NCBI GenBank assembly: GCA_951406725.2
Contig: OX597817.1
Location: 79,174,001-79,238,000, forward strand
From: Octopus vulgaris
Taxonomy: Eukaryota
Direction of reading: 5' to 3'
DNA length: 64,000 nucleotides
Every line of letters starts with the position of its first letter. Position 1 is the first letter of the stretch. The position numbers and the translations under genes are program-made. Below, piece by piece: positions 1 to 12,775 of the stretch. The notes below the pieces were generated by a model that was not told where the DNA came from, did no database searches, and worked only from the letters and a program-made list of their open reading frames with translations.

Positions 1-500
1 CTATCTTGTATGATTGCATTGATATACTAAGTCACAATTATGTGAGGCTAATTTACAACAGTTATCAGAATGATTTGTCTTTTCTCTTGTATAAATGTTT
101 AGTTAAGGCACAACTACCAGAAAAATTATTCATCAACGATATCACTGTGATATAGCATCTCTCTTGTATGAATGTGTTTATTTTCGTCAAGTCATTACTT
201 CCACAAAATGATTTACCACAGATATCACAGTGACATGGTATCTCCTTTGTATGAATGCTAAGTAAAGTAACCGGTTTGAGAGGATAATTTATCATAGACA
301 TCACAATGATATGACTGAATGTTTATGTTTAGTTAAATCACTGCTTCTAGAGAATGATATACCACAGATATGATAGTGATATGGTTTTTCTTCTGTATGA
401 ATAAATTTGCGAGCATTTAAGTTACCCTTTTGAGAGAATGACTTTTAGCAGATATCACAATGATATGATGATAGTCCTATCTCTTTCAGCATCTCATCAA
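1..500 (-). pseudogene. Decayed tandem C2H2 zinc-finger gene fragment
   Basis: Minus-strand translation gives MLKEIGLSSYHCDIC*KSFSQKGNLNARKFIHTEEKPYHYHICGISFSRSSDLTKHKH and, after frameshifts, IHTKEIPCHCDICGKSFCGSNDLTK. These are HTGEKP-like linkers and CxxC..H units with a stop codon, frameshifts and lost ligands. It may continue beyond the window start. Confidence 0.85.
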
Positions 501-1275
501 GGAATCAATCGTTTTAACCCAGTTCTCAAATAATTTTATTTTTACTATTATATGTTATTCCTAACAAATATTTACACTGCTATATTTTCATCCATTGTGA
601 TCTTTGTCGATAACCGAAGATGCTGCAAATTCCTTTGTAAATTTACACAAGTTTAATTAGAATGCAAATTATCTTCTATATATTCCAGACAGTGATATAG
701 AGAGTGAGTGAGAGGGGGAGGGAGAGAGAGAAAAATAGAGTGAGAGAGAGAGAGAAGAGAAATGCTAACAAGAATCGTGATTCAGAGAAAATATTTCACA
801 GTAATTCAACCATAGATTTACATAAACAGGGTTATATCTGTTCTGTATAACATCTTCCTTTAGTCTTTAAAAATAATTAATATTGATGATGCATCTGAAA
901 TAAAAAATATATATATATATATATATAATTCTTTAATGCCAGTGTCATCTGATATTCTGAAATAATTGAGAAACAGTATATCTACATTTCATTATTCCAG
1001 ATTTGATAAAATTAGTTACAGTAACACATCAGTATTGATTCAGACAGTCAATAGCAGAATTGAAAGAATCATTGGAGGCAAACAAGGAACCTTGAGGTAT
1101 TTTCTCACCAGTGGTGTAGTGTCGGATGTATGGAAGATGCAGATTGTACAGGATTGTCACTTCATATACGAAGTCTTTGATGCCGTTGAAGGTAAGTCAT
1201 ATTTAAGGAAACGGTCAACCAATTTGATTGCAACACAAGACATTCAAAACCCATGCTATGCCACTATTCTTTAAA

Positions 1276-1675
1276 CTTACTCTTTACTCTTTTACTTGTT
1301 TCAGTCATTTGACTATGGCCATGCCGGAGTACCGCTTTTAGTCGAGCAAATCGAACCCAGGACTTATTCTTTGTAAGCCTTGTACTTATTCTGTCGGTCT
1401 CTTTTGTTGAACCGCTAAGTTACGGAAACGTAAACACACCAGCATCGGTTGTCAAGTGATGTTGGGGGACAAACACAGACACAAACGTACACACACACAT
1501 ACATATACATATATACGACGGGCTTCTTTCAGTTTCCGTCTACCAAATCCACTCACAATGCTTTGGTCGGCCCGGGGCTATAGTAGAAGACACTTGCCCA
1601 AGGTGCCACGCAGTGGGACTGAACCCGGAACCATGTGGTTCGTAAGCAAGCTACTTATCACACAGTCACTCCTAC
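1276..1675 (-). mobile_element. SINE family A (tRNA-like head, CORE-like GGCACCTTGGGCAAGTG, internal microsatellite, ...GACTGAAACAAGTAAAAGAGTAAA tail)
   Basis: Near-identical to copies at 20555-20966, 29200-29637, 43046-43405, 47062-47530 and 51256-52134. Head has A/B-box-like TGTGTGGTAAG and GGTTCAGTCCC. Confidence 0.9.
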
Positions 1676-2111
1676 TTGTTTATGTTCTTTTCTTTTGTCG
1701 TTTACTCGTGTCAGTTGTTAAACTGTGGCCATGCTGGGTAACTGTCTTGAAGGGTTTAGTCAAACAAGTCGATTCCATTACTTATTTTCTTTTATATGCG
1801 GAAGTAAACTGACCGATACCATTTGTGAAGCAGTGGGGAGAGGCGAAACACAAATAGAGACACACATGCATGCATATTTACATACATCCATGAGTAGAAA
1901 AATATACATATAAGATGGGCTTCTACACAGTTTCCATCTAGAAAATTCATTCACAAGGTATTGGTCAGCTCAAGGCTATAGTAAAAGACACTTGTCAACA
2001 ATAGCCAGAATACCTAAGTCACCCCTGCCAGATGTTCCACAATATCTTGAGATGGTAGAAAAAATAGACGAAGAACAGGGATAGTAAACTATGAAAATTA
2101 ATTTTAAAAAT

Positions 2112-2318
2112 ATTCTTTTCTACTCTAAGCACAAGGCCTGAAACTCTTGGGGACGGGGCCAGTTGATTAAATCAACTCGGTACGCAACTAGTACTTAATT
2201 TATCGACCCCAAAAGTTAAGTCGACCTTGGCAGAATTTGAACTCAGTACGTAAAGACAGACGAAATACTGCTAAGCATTTCGCCCGGCGTGCTAACGTTT
2301 CTGCCAGCTCATCGCCTT
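2112..2318 (-). mobile_element. SINE family B (GGCGAGCTGGCAGAAACGTTAGC head; GCCTTTCATCCTTTCGGGGTCGATAAATTAAGTACCAG central module)
   Basis: Matches more than 15 other copies in the window. Head is tRNA-like with a GAGTTCAAATTCC B-box. Confidence 0.88.
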
Positions 2319-2551
2319 AAGTAAAAAAAATATTAAAAATACACTGATCCTAAACAAAAAGCATGTCAAATAAACTGGGCTAAAATGATGTCCATGCTTC
2401 TTTTAACAAGCAAAATGTATCTGAAACCAAATGTGAGCCATCTGATGTGAGATTTGAGGATGAAGTGCTTGACTACGAATGAAGAAATGTGAATTTTAAG
2501 AGAATTCAAACAACACTATGTACTTGAATATGTGGATAAATAGCCACGTGA

Positions 2552-2770
2552 CGAGGGAGTGCTGAAAGGTTCCTGACTTTAAGGGTATCGGGAAAGGCCT
2601 GGCTGGAGGTCCAACCACCCAAGTTCTTTTACAAGGCTTAGAAAATCCGAAGGAGTGCTGTTATAAGTGTGTGAATCTGAGAGGGGAATATGTTGAATAA
2701 AGTTATAATTAACAGGAGGATCGGTTAATTAACTGATCCTTCCGTATTTTCTTTATCCAAAGCTTTCAGG
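2552..2770 (+). mobile_element. Mariner-derived MITE
   Basis: Starts CGAGGGAGTGCTGAAAGGTTCCTGACTTT and retains a mariner C-terminus-like ...KCVNLRGEYVE*. An inverted copy lies at 21102-21317. Confidence 0.75.
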
Positions 2771-3429
2771 AATGCCTGTCTTATATATGACAGGTATTCC
2801 TGGAAGATACTGGATTCTTTCAAATGCCTTTATGTATACTTCTTTACAAGGAGTGTCGTTTGAGCAGAGGTTGGAGGTACTCTGAACTATGCTGCAGATT
2901 CCCACCTGTGTATGTTAAAACTATAATTTCTAGATTATACGTGGATTGCATATATTAATGTAATTAATTTGTGTAATTATTTTGATATCTTTGATAATTT
3001 TAGTGTATTCATTAAACCCCCACGCTCCTTTTGTATCTATAAATCCTTATTCTGTTCTTTACGTTCTGAGTTCAAATTTTGCTAGGTGGGGTGGGGATCA
3101 ACTTTGCCTTTCATCAGTTCTGAGTCAAAAAAATAAAGTACCAATTAAGTACTGGGACTGTTGCTATGAACTAAACGCCTTCTCTCGAACTTGTTGGTCA
3201 TGTAGCTAAATCAGAGACAATTGGGGCAGTGAAATGGCAGAATCCTTAGAATATCAGGGAAATACTTTGTGGTATTTCTTCCGACACTTTAAGTAGAGAA
3301 ATCAAATCCAGCTGAGATCAACTTTACCTTTCATCTTGTTCAATAAAATAAAGAGTCAGTCAAGTACCGGGATCGATAAAATCAACTTAACCCTATTCCT
3401 CTCAAACTCTTGGCTTTATGTCTAGAACA

Positions 3430-3473
3430 AGAATCATCATCATCATCATCATTATCATCATTATTATTATTGC

Positions 3474-3557
<84 letters not shown>

Positions 3558-3573
3558 CATTATTATCATTATT

Positions 3574-3620
<47 letters not shown>

Positions 3621-3630
3621 TATTATCACC
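3430..3630. repeat. (ATC)n/(ATT)n compound microsatellite
   Basis: Read directly; explains the poly-N/D/I/L ORFs here. Confidence 0.98.
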
Positions 3631-4413
3631 CCTGATGTTGTTTTTGTTGTTTCCAAGATCAAGAAGGTGACGGAAAGGAAAAAAACGCAGCATTATGTTA
3701 ATCCACACCCACCTTAATTTTAAACTGATAGGTGTTTCGTTACATTGGTCACCTAGTTGTCACAATCCATTTTCTTCACCTTGTAAACATTTCATTTCTC
3801 TCTGCCCTCTTCGCTCATACACGTTCCCAATACATCTATATTTGGCAGTGTCTTTTTCACACAACGAACTATACAACCGGCTATAAATAGCAGGTAACTT
3901 ACATAGAATGTTAAATATTTCGGAAAAAATGCATATTGGATTACATACTGTTCTTGTCAGAGAAATGATAGAAGCTGCCACTTGAAATTACCGATATGTT
4001 CTGTCAAAGACTTTAACTGCTCTTCAAGACTCTGAACATCACACACAAAAGACAATATGACTGCAATAGAGGATTTATTTCAACGAATTTATGAAAGGAA
4101 AAAAAATAACGGAATGGTGATGATGATGATGATGATAATAATAATAATAATAATAATGATAATAATAACAATAAATGCAATCATGAAAATAAGAAAAAGT
4201 AATATAACAACAGGAAAAAGATAAATACAAGAAAAAAAAAACAAAAGTAGATTATGTGGATTATCATGTTAGATGGGTTTCATAGTCTAGAATTTAGATT
4301 TCAGATTTCATGTCTGAAAATCCCATTAGTACAAGAGTAAAGCACCTTGCTGAAGGCTGTGGATAAAATGCACGACATTTTCTGCAATGTGATCTGTCAC
4401 TAATAGACACACA

Positions 4414-4492
<79 letters not shown>

Positions 4493-4559
4493 ACACACAT
4501 GTATATATATATATATATATAAATGTATGTCCGTGTGCGTATATATATATACATATATA

Positions 4560-5485
4560 TGAAAAAAGAAGTCAAGATAGAAAATGCTAAAATAATTTTA
4601 TAAAGAACATTTCAGTACCGGTTTCGGACATTTGAGACCTTTTCAACTGTAACTATTAAATAATTAAATTTAGAAAAATTAAAAGAAAAGTTTTTTAAAA
4701 GAATATTTGTATAGTGTTCAAATATAAGTGGTATTTTCCTTGTTTCTGCTTTTCTCTGTCTCTCTTGTTTACTCTTGTGGGTTCAAGGTCCATGTGAATT
4801 CTTGGTAGGGAAGAAGAAGGAGGAGGAGGAGGGGGAGAAGGGGACGAAGAATTTGGGATTGCCTTGATTGTCGTTGGTCAGTGGTTGCTAGCAGCTCCTG
4901 CTGTTCAATTCATGAAAATATTTCTATTGAAAGGTTTGTTTAAAGAATTTGCGTAGGTGTTATACTAAAAACCATTAGTGACAAAGTTAGGAAGAAGAGG
5001 GGGGAGAAGAAGAAGAAGAAGAAGAAGAAGAAGAAGAAGAAGAAGAAGAAGAAGAAGAAGAAGAAGAAGAAGAAGAAGAAGAAGGGAGAATATGAATGCG
5101 TGGAAGTGGGATGTTGGATGACTTAAAGTTGGCACGTTGTGGGTTATAGCTCTGATTGGGGCTGATTTTTAATGGATTCTTAAGAATGTAATATTTGCGT
5201 GTGTATTTGTGTTATTCTAAAGCTGAGGTGGATATATCGTTTGTCGTAGATGCGTTCAGAAGGGGCCTGTATTTTGTAATAAAGAGAGTTTCTTTATTTA
5301 TTCGTTGGATCGAGGTTGTATCGTCCCTGAATTGGTAGAGGGGGGAAATCCTGAAGCTTGGAGTTTTGTTGTTGGCGCAAATATCTATGTGTTGGCTGAA
5401 TGCTATTTTTCTGTTTTGAGGAATTTTTATCTGGGATCTGTGCAGGGCCATTCTTTTACGTAAACTAGTTTTGTTTGGCCTATGT
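4560..5485 (-). mobile_element. Penelope-like element 3' fragment (GIY-YIG C-terminal half plus 3' region with HHR)
   Basis: TSLRKRMALHRSQIKIPQNRKIAFSQHIDICANNKTPSFRISPLYQF...RINKETLFITKYRPLLN aligns by eye with the C-terminus of ORF 34149-34925. The element ends in a (TA)n/(CA)n tract. Confidence 0.85.
4613..4649 (-). ncRNA. Minimal type I hammerhead ribozyme, U3-A8 core variant
   Basis: Minus strand: CAG-UUGAAAA-GGUC ucaaau GUCC-GAAA-CCGG-UA/CUG. Stem I CAG/CUG, palindromic stem III ACCGGU, GUA site. Confidence 0.75.
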
Positions 5486-5867
5486 ATTAAATTGCAAACT
5501 GTTACTATTTTTAAAGAGGACACCTCCTCAGCTACACTTTGGCATAAATAGTTTGAGATTTGGTTCAGTAGGAAAAAAGTTGAATCAAAATATCTGCGAC
5601 CCCAATGAGGGAAGTAAGGCAGATATTCATCTTCAATTAACATAATTCTTTAAATTTTAAATTAAAAGTATACTTTTCTTAGACTTAAATGATAGAAAAA
5701 TGCATGAGGAATTCAGAATCGCTAGTCGCATTGAACAAAAATTAGTAGAAAAAGAGTTATGAGGTAAAATGTTATGAAATTTTATGTCAATAAGTAAGGA
5801 AATAAGGGAGTAACTCTTCAGCAATAAGAATAAAGAATATATTTCTAAAATGAATATCTACTTCCTA

Positions 5868-6155
5868 AGGCGGCGTGCTGGCAGAAACGTTATCGCGCGG
5901 GGCGAAATGCTTAGCGGTATTTCGTCTGCCGCTATATTCTGAGTTGAAATTCCACCGAGGTCGGCTTTGCCTTTCATCCTTTCGGGGTCGATTACATAAG
6001 TACCAGTTACACACTGGGGTCGATATAATGAACTTAATCCGTTTGTCTGTCCTTGTTAGTCCTCTCTGTGTTTAGCCCCTTGTGGATAGTAAAGAAATAG
6101 GTATTTCGTCTGTCATTACGTTTTTGAGTTCAAATTTCGCCGAGGTCGACTTTGA
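5868..6155 (+). mobile_element. SINE family B, partial dimer
   Basis: Full unit, then the junction AAAGAAATAG|GTATTTCGTCTG and a restart of the body. Confidence 0.88.
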
Positions 6156-7041
6156 CGCACAGATAATCTAATTAATTTTTTAAAACTAAACACTTTCAAA
6201 CTTCCGATACTGGTAGAAGGAACAGGGTTTACTCTTGACGTTTTTGACAAAATGTTTTACTTTTGAAGTTATTTCGTCAGAAGTTACAGAGTGACTATGG
6301 ACAAATTCGTGTTTCATAAGTGCCAATACGCGAAACTCCCACCGTTTGACTTACTAACTTCCGCCGATGATATATATACATATAACATATATGCGTAAAA
6401 AAATCTCAGCACGCAATCGAACCAATGAAAGAGCTTCTACCTGGTCTCTCGACACCTTAAAAATAGCAGCAAAAATATCCCCCTACCTAAATCACAACCC
6501 TGTGTATGTAATGCCCTAGATTATCACCCACACGATTTTATATCAACACCCGCACGATTTTCACTAAGAAAAAAAATGATTTTTTGCGTGGCATCAAATA
6601 CCCCGACCTCCTAAAATGCTGCAAATCCTTTATTTTGGTTCGGAAAAAATGAAGTGGGGGTTCCCCCCACCCCAAAATCCCAGAATCATTGGAAAATTTT
6701 TTTCGTTGAATGAATTTCTGTGCCCTCCTAGTATTGCAAAATTAGGTTACTTAAGGTGACCTGGTAACTGATGGTTTTAGGGTCTTGTAACTTTTGGTGA
6801 GCCATAGTACAACCAATAACATGGTTAAAAATCACTGCCATTAATTTGGTGTGGATGGGTAATATCAAATAATTCAATCACAACATATTTAAATTAAACA
6901 TGACAAAAATTTAAAATTTTATCATCACTTACATGGAAACATTCAAATATTATCTTTCAGTAGTTTATAAGGTAAAATCTTCAATTATTAATCGACACAT
7001 TATAAAATTATCTTATAAATGCAATGCCTGGAATAATCATG

Positions 7042-7526
7042 GAAAAATGCGAGAATGAAAAGTCATATTCTTAAGATTATAAACATTGAAAAGTACACAA
7101 GTTATTACACCTGTAAAAGTATAGGACAAGCAATTACTTCTTGTAAAGTAAAGAATAAGAAACTTTTTGCTTAAAATATTGCAGCTAAAATTAAAATTTG
7201 AATATTAAAACTTATTTTATTATAGTTTACAAATAACACTATACTTATTTAAGTAGAATTTTGATAATTTACTACCTTAAATACAGAAAAAAGTGACTAA
7301 TTAGATAAACTTACAAATTAGCAGAACAATTTTGTACAGTAAATTTAAAAGATGAGAACTGTAAAGAGTAATACATTAGAAGAACTGGCATTCTTTGCTG
7401 CAATATTTTAAGTAAAAAGTTTCTTATTCTTTACTTTACTAAAAGTAATAGCTTATCCTATGCTTTTACAGGTGTAATAACTTGTCCTGTACTTTTCCAT
7501 GTTTATAATCATGCTCGCATTTTTCG
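7042..7526. repeat. Long inverted repeat (arms about 7042-7186 and 7396-7526)
   Basis: CAAGTTATTACACCTGTAAAAG...AAGAATAAGAAACTTTTTGCTTAAAATATTGCAGC is mirrored by GCTGCAATATTTTAAGTAAAAAGTTTCTTATTCTT...CTTTTACAGGTGTAATAACTTG. Confidence 0.85.
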
Positions 7527-7600
7527 ATGTAATAAATATATGTATGAATATATATATAAAAAACAAGTTAAAAATGATAGTCATTACATATAATTTCTTG

Positions 7601-7652
<52 letters not shown>

Positions 7653-7794
7653 CTGTGCGTATACATACATATATATACATATATATATATACATATATAC
7701 ACATATATATACATACATATATACACATATATACATACATATATACATACATATATATACATACATACATATATATCTATATATATATATGTGT

Positions 7795-7847
<53 letters not shown>

Positions 7848-8259
7848 AATAATTGACAGATCTTTTCGGGTTTCATGATATTTTATACTTAACATCGCGT
7901 TTGAATATGAAAATTAATATTTTCATACTCGAAAGCAGATATTCTTGGAGTATCTTAGCAACAATATAAACCTCGCCATACGTCAGTAACATCTTTATTT
8001 ACTAAGTGAGCTGTTTTATATAAACACCGTCGTATTTCAGTTTGGTAACGAGAGGTGAGAATGCGGGTAGGTGATGATAACGAAAATTTATTTAGTATAC
8101 ATAATATTGATTCCCTTTGACAAACATGGAACTTCGATGTCACATGTGGTATTTTGTAGTATCTGTTTCACTTTGGTATCATTTAATCTTCAAGTCTTAA
8201 ATCCTAGATGTCACAGTCTTTTCTTATTTTCCATTTATTATTATATGTATGATAAGACA

Positions 8260-8920
8260 GTAAGCTAGTAGAATCGTTAGCACAAACCGGGCAAAATGCT
8301 TAGCGGAATTTTGTCCGTCTTTACCTTCTGAGTTCAAATTCTGCCAAAGTCGACTACCCCTTTCATCCTTTCGGGGTCGATAAATTAAGTACCAGTGTAA
8401 CACTGGGGTCGATGTAATCAACTGGTTCCCTCCCCCAAAATTTCAGGTCTCATGTCTATAGAATAAAGGATTATTCTATATAAGATAATCTAGTAGAAGC
8501 ATTGGTGTATTGGGCAAAATCCTTCGCTGCGTTTCTTTTGTTTTTTTTTTATGTTCTGTGTTCAAATACAACCGATGTTCACTTTGTTTGTCATCTTTTC
8601 GGGGTCGATAAAGTGAGTACCATTTGCGCTCTAGGGTGTATGTACTCGACTAGCCCTACTCCCTTAAAATTACAGGCTTTGTGCCAATAGTTGGAAGAAA
8701 GGGTGGCGAACTAACAGAATCGTTAGCGCAGTGGGCAAAATGTTTGCAGCATTTTTGGGGCTCTTTACATTTTGCGTTCTAATAATTCGAAGGTCGACTT
8801 TGTCTTTTATTCTTTCAGAATCGATAAAGTAAGAACCATTTGAGCATTAGGGTTGAGGTAATCGACTGTCCCTCCTCGTACACAAAAATGTTCAGACCTT
8901 GTACCTAAAAGAGCAACGGA
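8260..8920 (+). mobile_element. Three successive diverged SINE family B copies
   Basis: Repeated head / CTTTTCGGGGTCGATAAA module / short-tail pattern at about 8260, 8490 and 8700. Confidence 0.75.
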
Positions 8921-9679
8921 ATTGGAACACAATATAAAGAACTGGATTAACCTAAAAAAAAAGCACTTTTTTCTAATGCTGTAATGATTCTGCAAAAGCA
9001 ACACTTCTTACTTGCGTGTTAAATGTTCATTGTATTGCTCTCTAATTAATCTATATTACATTTTTTGTTGCATAAATATGGCAGAAGAAGCTTTCAGTCA
9101 GGATACAGCTGAGGGTATTCGTTCTGTGATAAAACCCGCTTTGGTATACAATATAATTTCTTGATTTGTTAGAAATAACTACCAAAAGCCATTTAAATCA
9201 CAATCTGCAATCATCTTTTATAAAAAAAAAAAGAAGCACAAATTGTGTAATATACTTCAATGCACACATTTACTTGAAAAAGAGACAGGATGATCGTGGC
9301 TGGAATGTCTTTTATCATGGATCCATTCAGTCAAGACAGACTAGTTTTTGTCATTGTTAGCGTAGTCCCTTTATCGTTATGTTAAATCTAATTGCGGTTA
9401 CATACAATCAGAGACGCTCTAGCCTTGACCATCACAGAAAAAACATATTAGATCATGTAATAATAGTTGAAACATCCATTTGCATCATAAGATGATAAAA
9501 TGTGATCCTTAAAAGGATTTGACGATTATTTCTTGCATGGTGAATGACTCCACGGAAGTTACTTCATTGAATCACGCATGTGTTACATGGAACGAAGTGT
9601 AGGAGACAGTGTACGATGGGACAATAAGCTTTCAAAAGAACAAATGAAGATCAAACAGTAGTTACATAAACTTTTATAG

Positions 9680-10075
9680 TTTGAGATTGGAATTTATACC
9701 AATCTCCGAATTGTACGGCACAGTATTTTACCAACGATTTCACTCTCGCAATCAAGAATAAGGGCCCCAAATTGTAACTTTTTAAGTTTTAAGGGGCCAT
9801 AGCTTTTCAATACCTGGTGTAAAATCCTCAGAGATATATGAAGTATAGATGTGGACACGTTCAAAAAATATTTAGGCGATTTTTCATCTGAGATACCAGA
9901 TGATCTCGCAATACATTTAGCAACACAAGTAAATGCAGTTCACTAGAACCGAAACTGGCGTGAAGTCTGGGATGCGAATTTGAAATAACCTGACACTTAC
10001 ATTAATGGCAGTGCCCCAGCCTGGTCACAGTCCCTGGATGAAACCAGTTCAAGTAAAAGTAAAAAGTAAGAAAAA
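9680..10075 (+). mobile_element. CR1/L2-group LINE 3' end (ORF2 C-terminus and 3' UTR), decayed
   Basis: Translation FKGP*LFNTWCKILRDI*SIDVDTFKKYLGDFSSEIPDD fits the GPxLFNxLP...FKxxLDxFL..IPD pattern. The tail GTGCCCCAGCCTGGTCACAGTC...TGAAACCAGT...AAGTAAAAG resembles the SINE A tail. Confidence 0.75.
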
Positions 10076-10231
10076 GTTACATTTGTTCGTCAGGTAAAAG
10101 CGAGTATTTAATATTTTTTATCGGTTAGTAATTCTTAAGACTCTCGATTAAGAATAGGGTATAAAAATATAAAAATGGAAGTGCCTTGTGACTTACAGTG
10201 TATACCACCATTGGATATATTGGCACACACT

Positions 10232-10321
<90 letters not shown>

Positions 10322-10323
<2 letters not shown>

Positions 10324-10572
10324 TATGTAACTTTTTAGATACCCTCTTAAAACCATTCCTCAAGCATGTAAAAAGCTATATAAAGGACGACCTGGATATG
10401 CTCAATTACCTTTCTGAAACAATAAACAAAACCACCCTACTAGTATCCTTCGATGTAGTCAACCTCTATTCCAATATCCTCCACAACCTAGGAATAGATG
10501 TAATTCAATTCCGGCTAGAGAATTACGCCAACAAACTCCCACAGCGCATCAAAAAAGAATTCGTGATAGGCT
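10322..10572 (+). mobile_element. Penelope-like RT fragment
   Basis: NFLDTLLKPFLKHVKSYIKDDLDML...LLVSFDVVNLYSNILH is homologous to NFLDILLKPLLKYIKSFIRDD...ATLDVINLYKNIPH of the 34-36 kb element. Confidence 0.88.
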
Positions 10573-10689
10573 GACAAAGAATAAATCCTGGATTTGATTT
10601 CATCGACTAAAGGCGGTGCTCCAGTATGGCCGCAGTCAAATGACTGAAACGTGTGAAAGAGTAAAAGCGTATATATATACTGATATACA

Positions 10690-10772
<83 letters not shown>

Positions 10773-11741
10773 ACACACACACACACATACCGGTACTCAC
10801 CCTACATATGTGTATGTGTATAAGTGTTTGTATTTGTTTACCGGAATGTTTTTGCTTTAAAATACTTTCAAAATATTTGGCGGATTGGTGGAGGTGAGGG
10901 TAGTTGGTCTATTGAATAATTGATATTGAAAATTCATCCCAAATCTGGAAGTAGGGAGGAGAGACAGAAGTTCACTCATCTATTATTCATAATGAAGCAG
11001 TTAAAAATCTTTTCATATTTTTATCATTAACAAAAAAAAAAAGTGTATGTACTTTCATGTATTTTTCCCCTGGTTTTTATATATTCTTAAGATCTCCCAT
11101 TATGTTTGCATACTACTTATTGTTTTTGCGGTTGTTTTTATGTATATATATTTTTGCTTTGATTTAACTCTGCATTATTCCTCCTCATTCTCTCACTTTG
11201 TCTCTCTTAACTACCAATCGCCCTTGCATCAGTTCATAAATTTTAAATGGTTTGCATAAAAAGATGGAATGATCTTTGACTTCTCAACAAAAAGGGATTT
11301 GATTTGAGTTTTTGAAAAGGTGCCGCCCACCCTTATAGAAAAAATATTCAAAGGCAAAATACAAAATAAGTAGTTCCTTCAAAATATTTAAAGAATAGAG
11401 ATTATGGGGATTCTTCGGAGCAACCTAAATAGAAAATAATTGCGGTTTCGATTTTATTATTATTTTCATTATTTTTGAGCTTTTATTATTGATATTATTA
11501 TTTTAATTTCTATTTTTATTAATGCGGGGAAGGAGTGAGCTGGCAGAATTTTTATCGCATCAGACAAAATAGGTGGCATCCTTTCTTTTGGCTTTTTGCA
11601 TTCTGAGTTCAAGTCTTGCCAAGATCAACTTTGCTTTTCATTGTTTTGGGGGTTGATAGAATAAGTAAAAGTTATTATTGATATAATCGAGTTACCCCTC
11701 TCCTAGAATTGCTGACGTTGTGTAGAAATTTGAAGCTTATA

Positions 11742-11817
<76 letters not shown>

Positions 11818-11919
11818 ACAAATGAACACTATTTCAACACTCCGTGTGTCTTTTACAGGTTCAAAATACAAAATTATCATTAATATCGTTAATTTTTTAA
11901 TTACAAGTATTATACAAAT

Positions 11920-12155
11920 GTCACAAATGTCTGTGCACTCCACATACATGCGAACCATTAACGTAGTTCTCAGGAAAATTCAACGTGACATAGAGTGTGA
12001 TAAGGCTGGCTCTTTGAAATACGGGAGCCACTCATTTTGTCACCCGAGTAGATAGAAACTATGTGAAATAAAGTATTTTGCACAAAGACACAACTCTGCG
12101 TCGAAACCATAACATTACGATCATAAGCTGAATACCCTAACTATTTGGTCATACA
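11920..12155 (-). mobile_element. SINE family C (tRNA head, GTGTCCTTGAGCAAG core), diverged
   Basis: Homologous to 37540-37847 and 53055-53350. Confidence 0.75.
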
Positions 12156-12313
12156 CCTTCATAAGCACTATACAACAAGAGAGTCATGACTACAAGAAAA
12201 GTAACAACAATATAACAACATTGGAGAAAAATCAAGATTTTGATAATAAAATAACAGGGATCACTACTGTAAGTTATAAGAATGAATAGCATACTCATAT
12301 AGTATATATATAT

Positions 12314-12353
<40 letters not shown>

Positions 12354-12372
12354 GTGCATATATATATATATG

Positions 12373-12567
12373 TGTACCGTTGGCGATTTTTTTCCCTCTG
12401 TCTTCCCTTCTCTGGATCTTTCCTTCTCCTATGTTTCCGACGAAGAGCTCCACTCGAAACGTTAAGCCCTCCTTCTTTCCTTCTTTCCTGAGCGTCCAAT
12501 AATACTATATTTGTTCCACGTCCTCGTGTTGTTGTTTTTTGTGCTTTCTTGTTTGGATTAACTTTAT
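12373..12567 (+). mobile_element. About 195-bp microsatellite-flanked non-coding element with HHR-like motif at 12433-12467
   Basis: GUUU-CCGACGA-A-GAG cucca CUC-GAAA-CG-UU/AAGC. A near-identical inverted copy lies at 63648-63845. Confidence 0.8.
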
Positions 12568-12609
12568 ATACATACATATATATAATGTGTGTGTGTATGT
12601 ATGTATATT

Positions 12610-12775
12610 ACTTTTAACTTCGAAAACTGACGAAGGTTAGCGGGCCGAAACCTCGAAGTTTCTGTTACTCCCCTGGTAAAAATTCGATAAATATCTACTC
12701 TACAAAAATGTATTGAATACTTATTTAGTTTTACATAAAATGTTTTATTTATAACTTGTCATAAAAAAAAAAAAC
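12610..12775 (+). mobile_element. Second small HHR-bearing element (motif 12624-12663)
   Basis: CUGACGA-A-GGUU agcg GGCC-GAAA-CCUCGAAG-UU. A diverged homologue at 63010-63185 shares the downstream ACTCTACAAAA..GTATTG. Stem I is weak in both copies. Confidence 0.6.
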
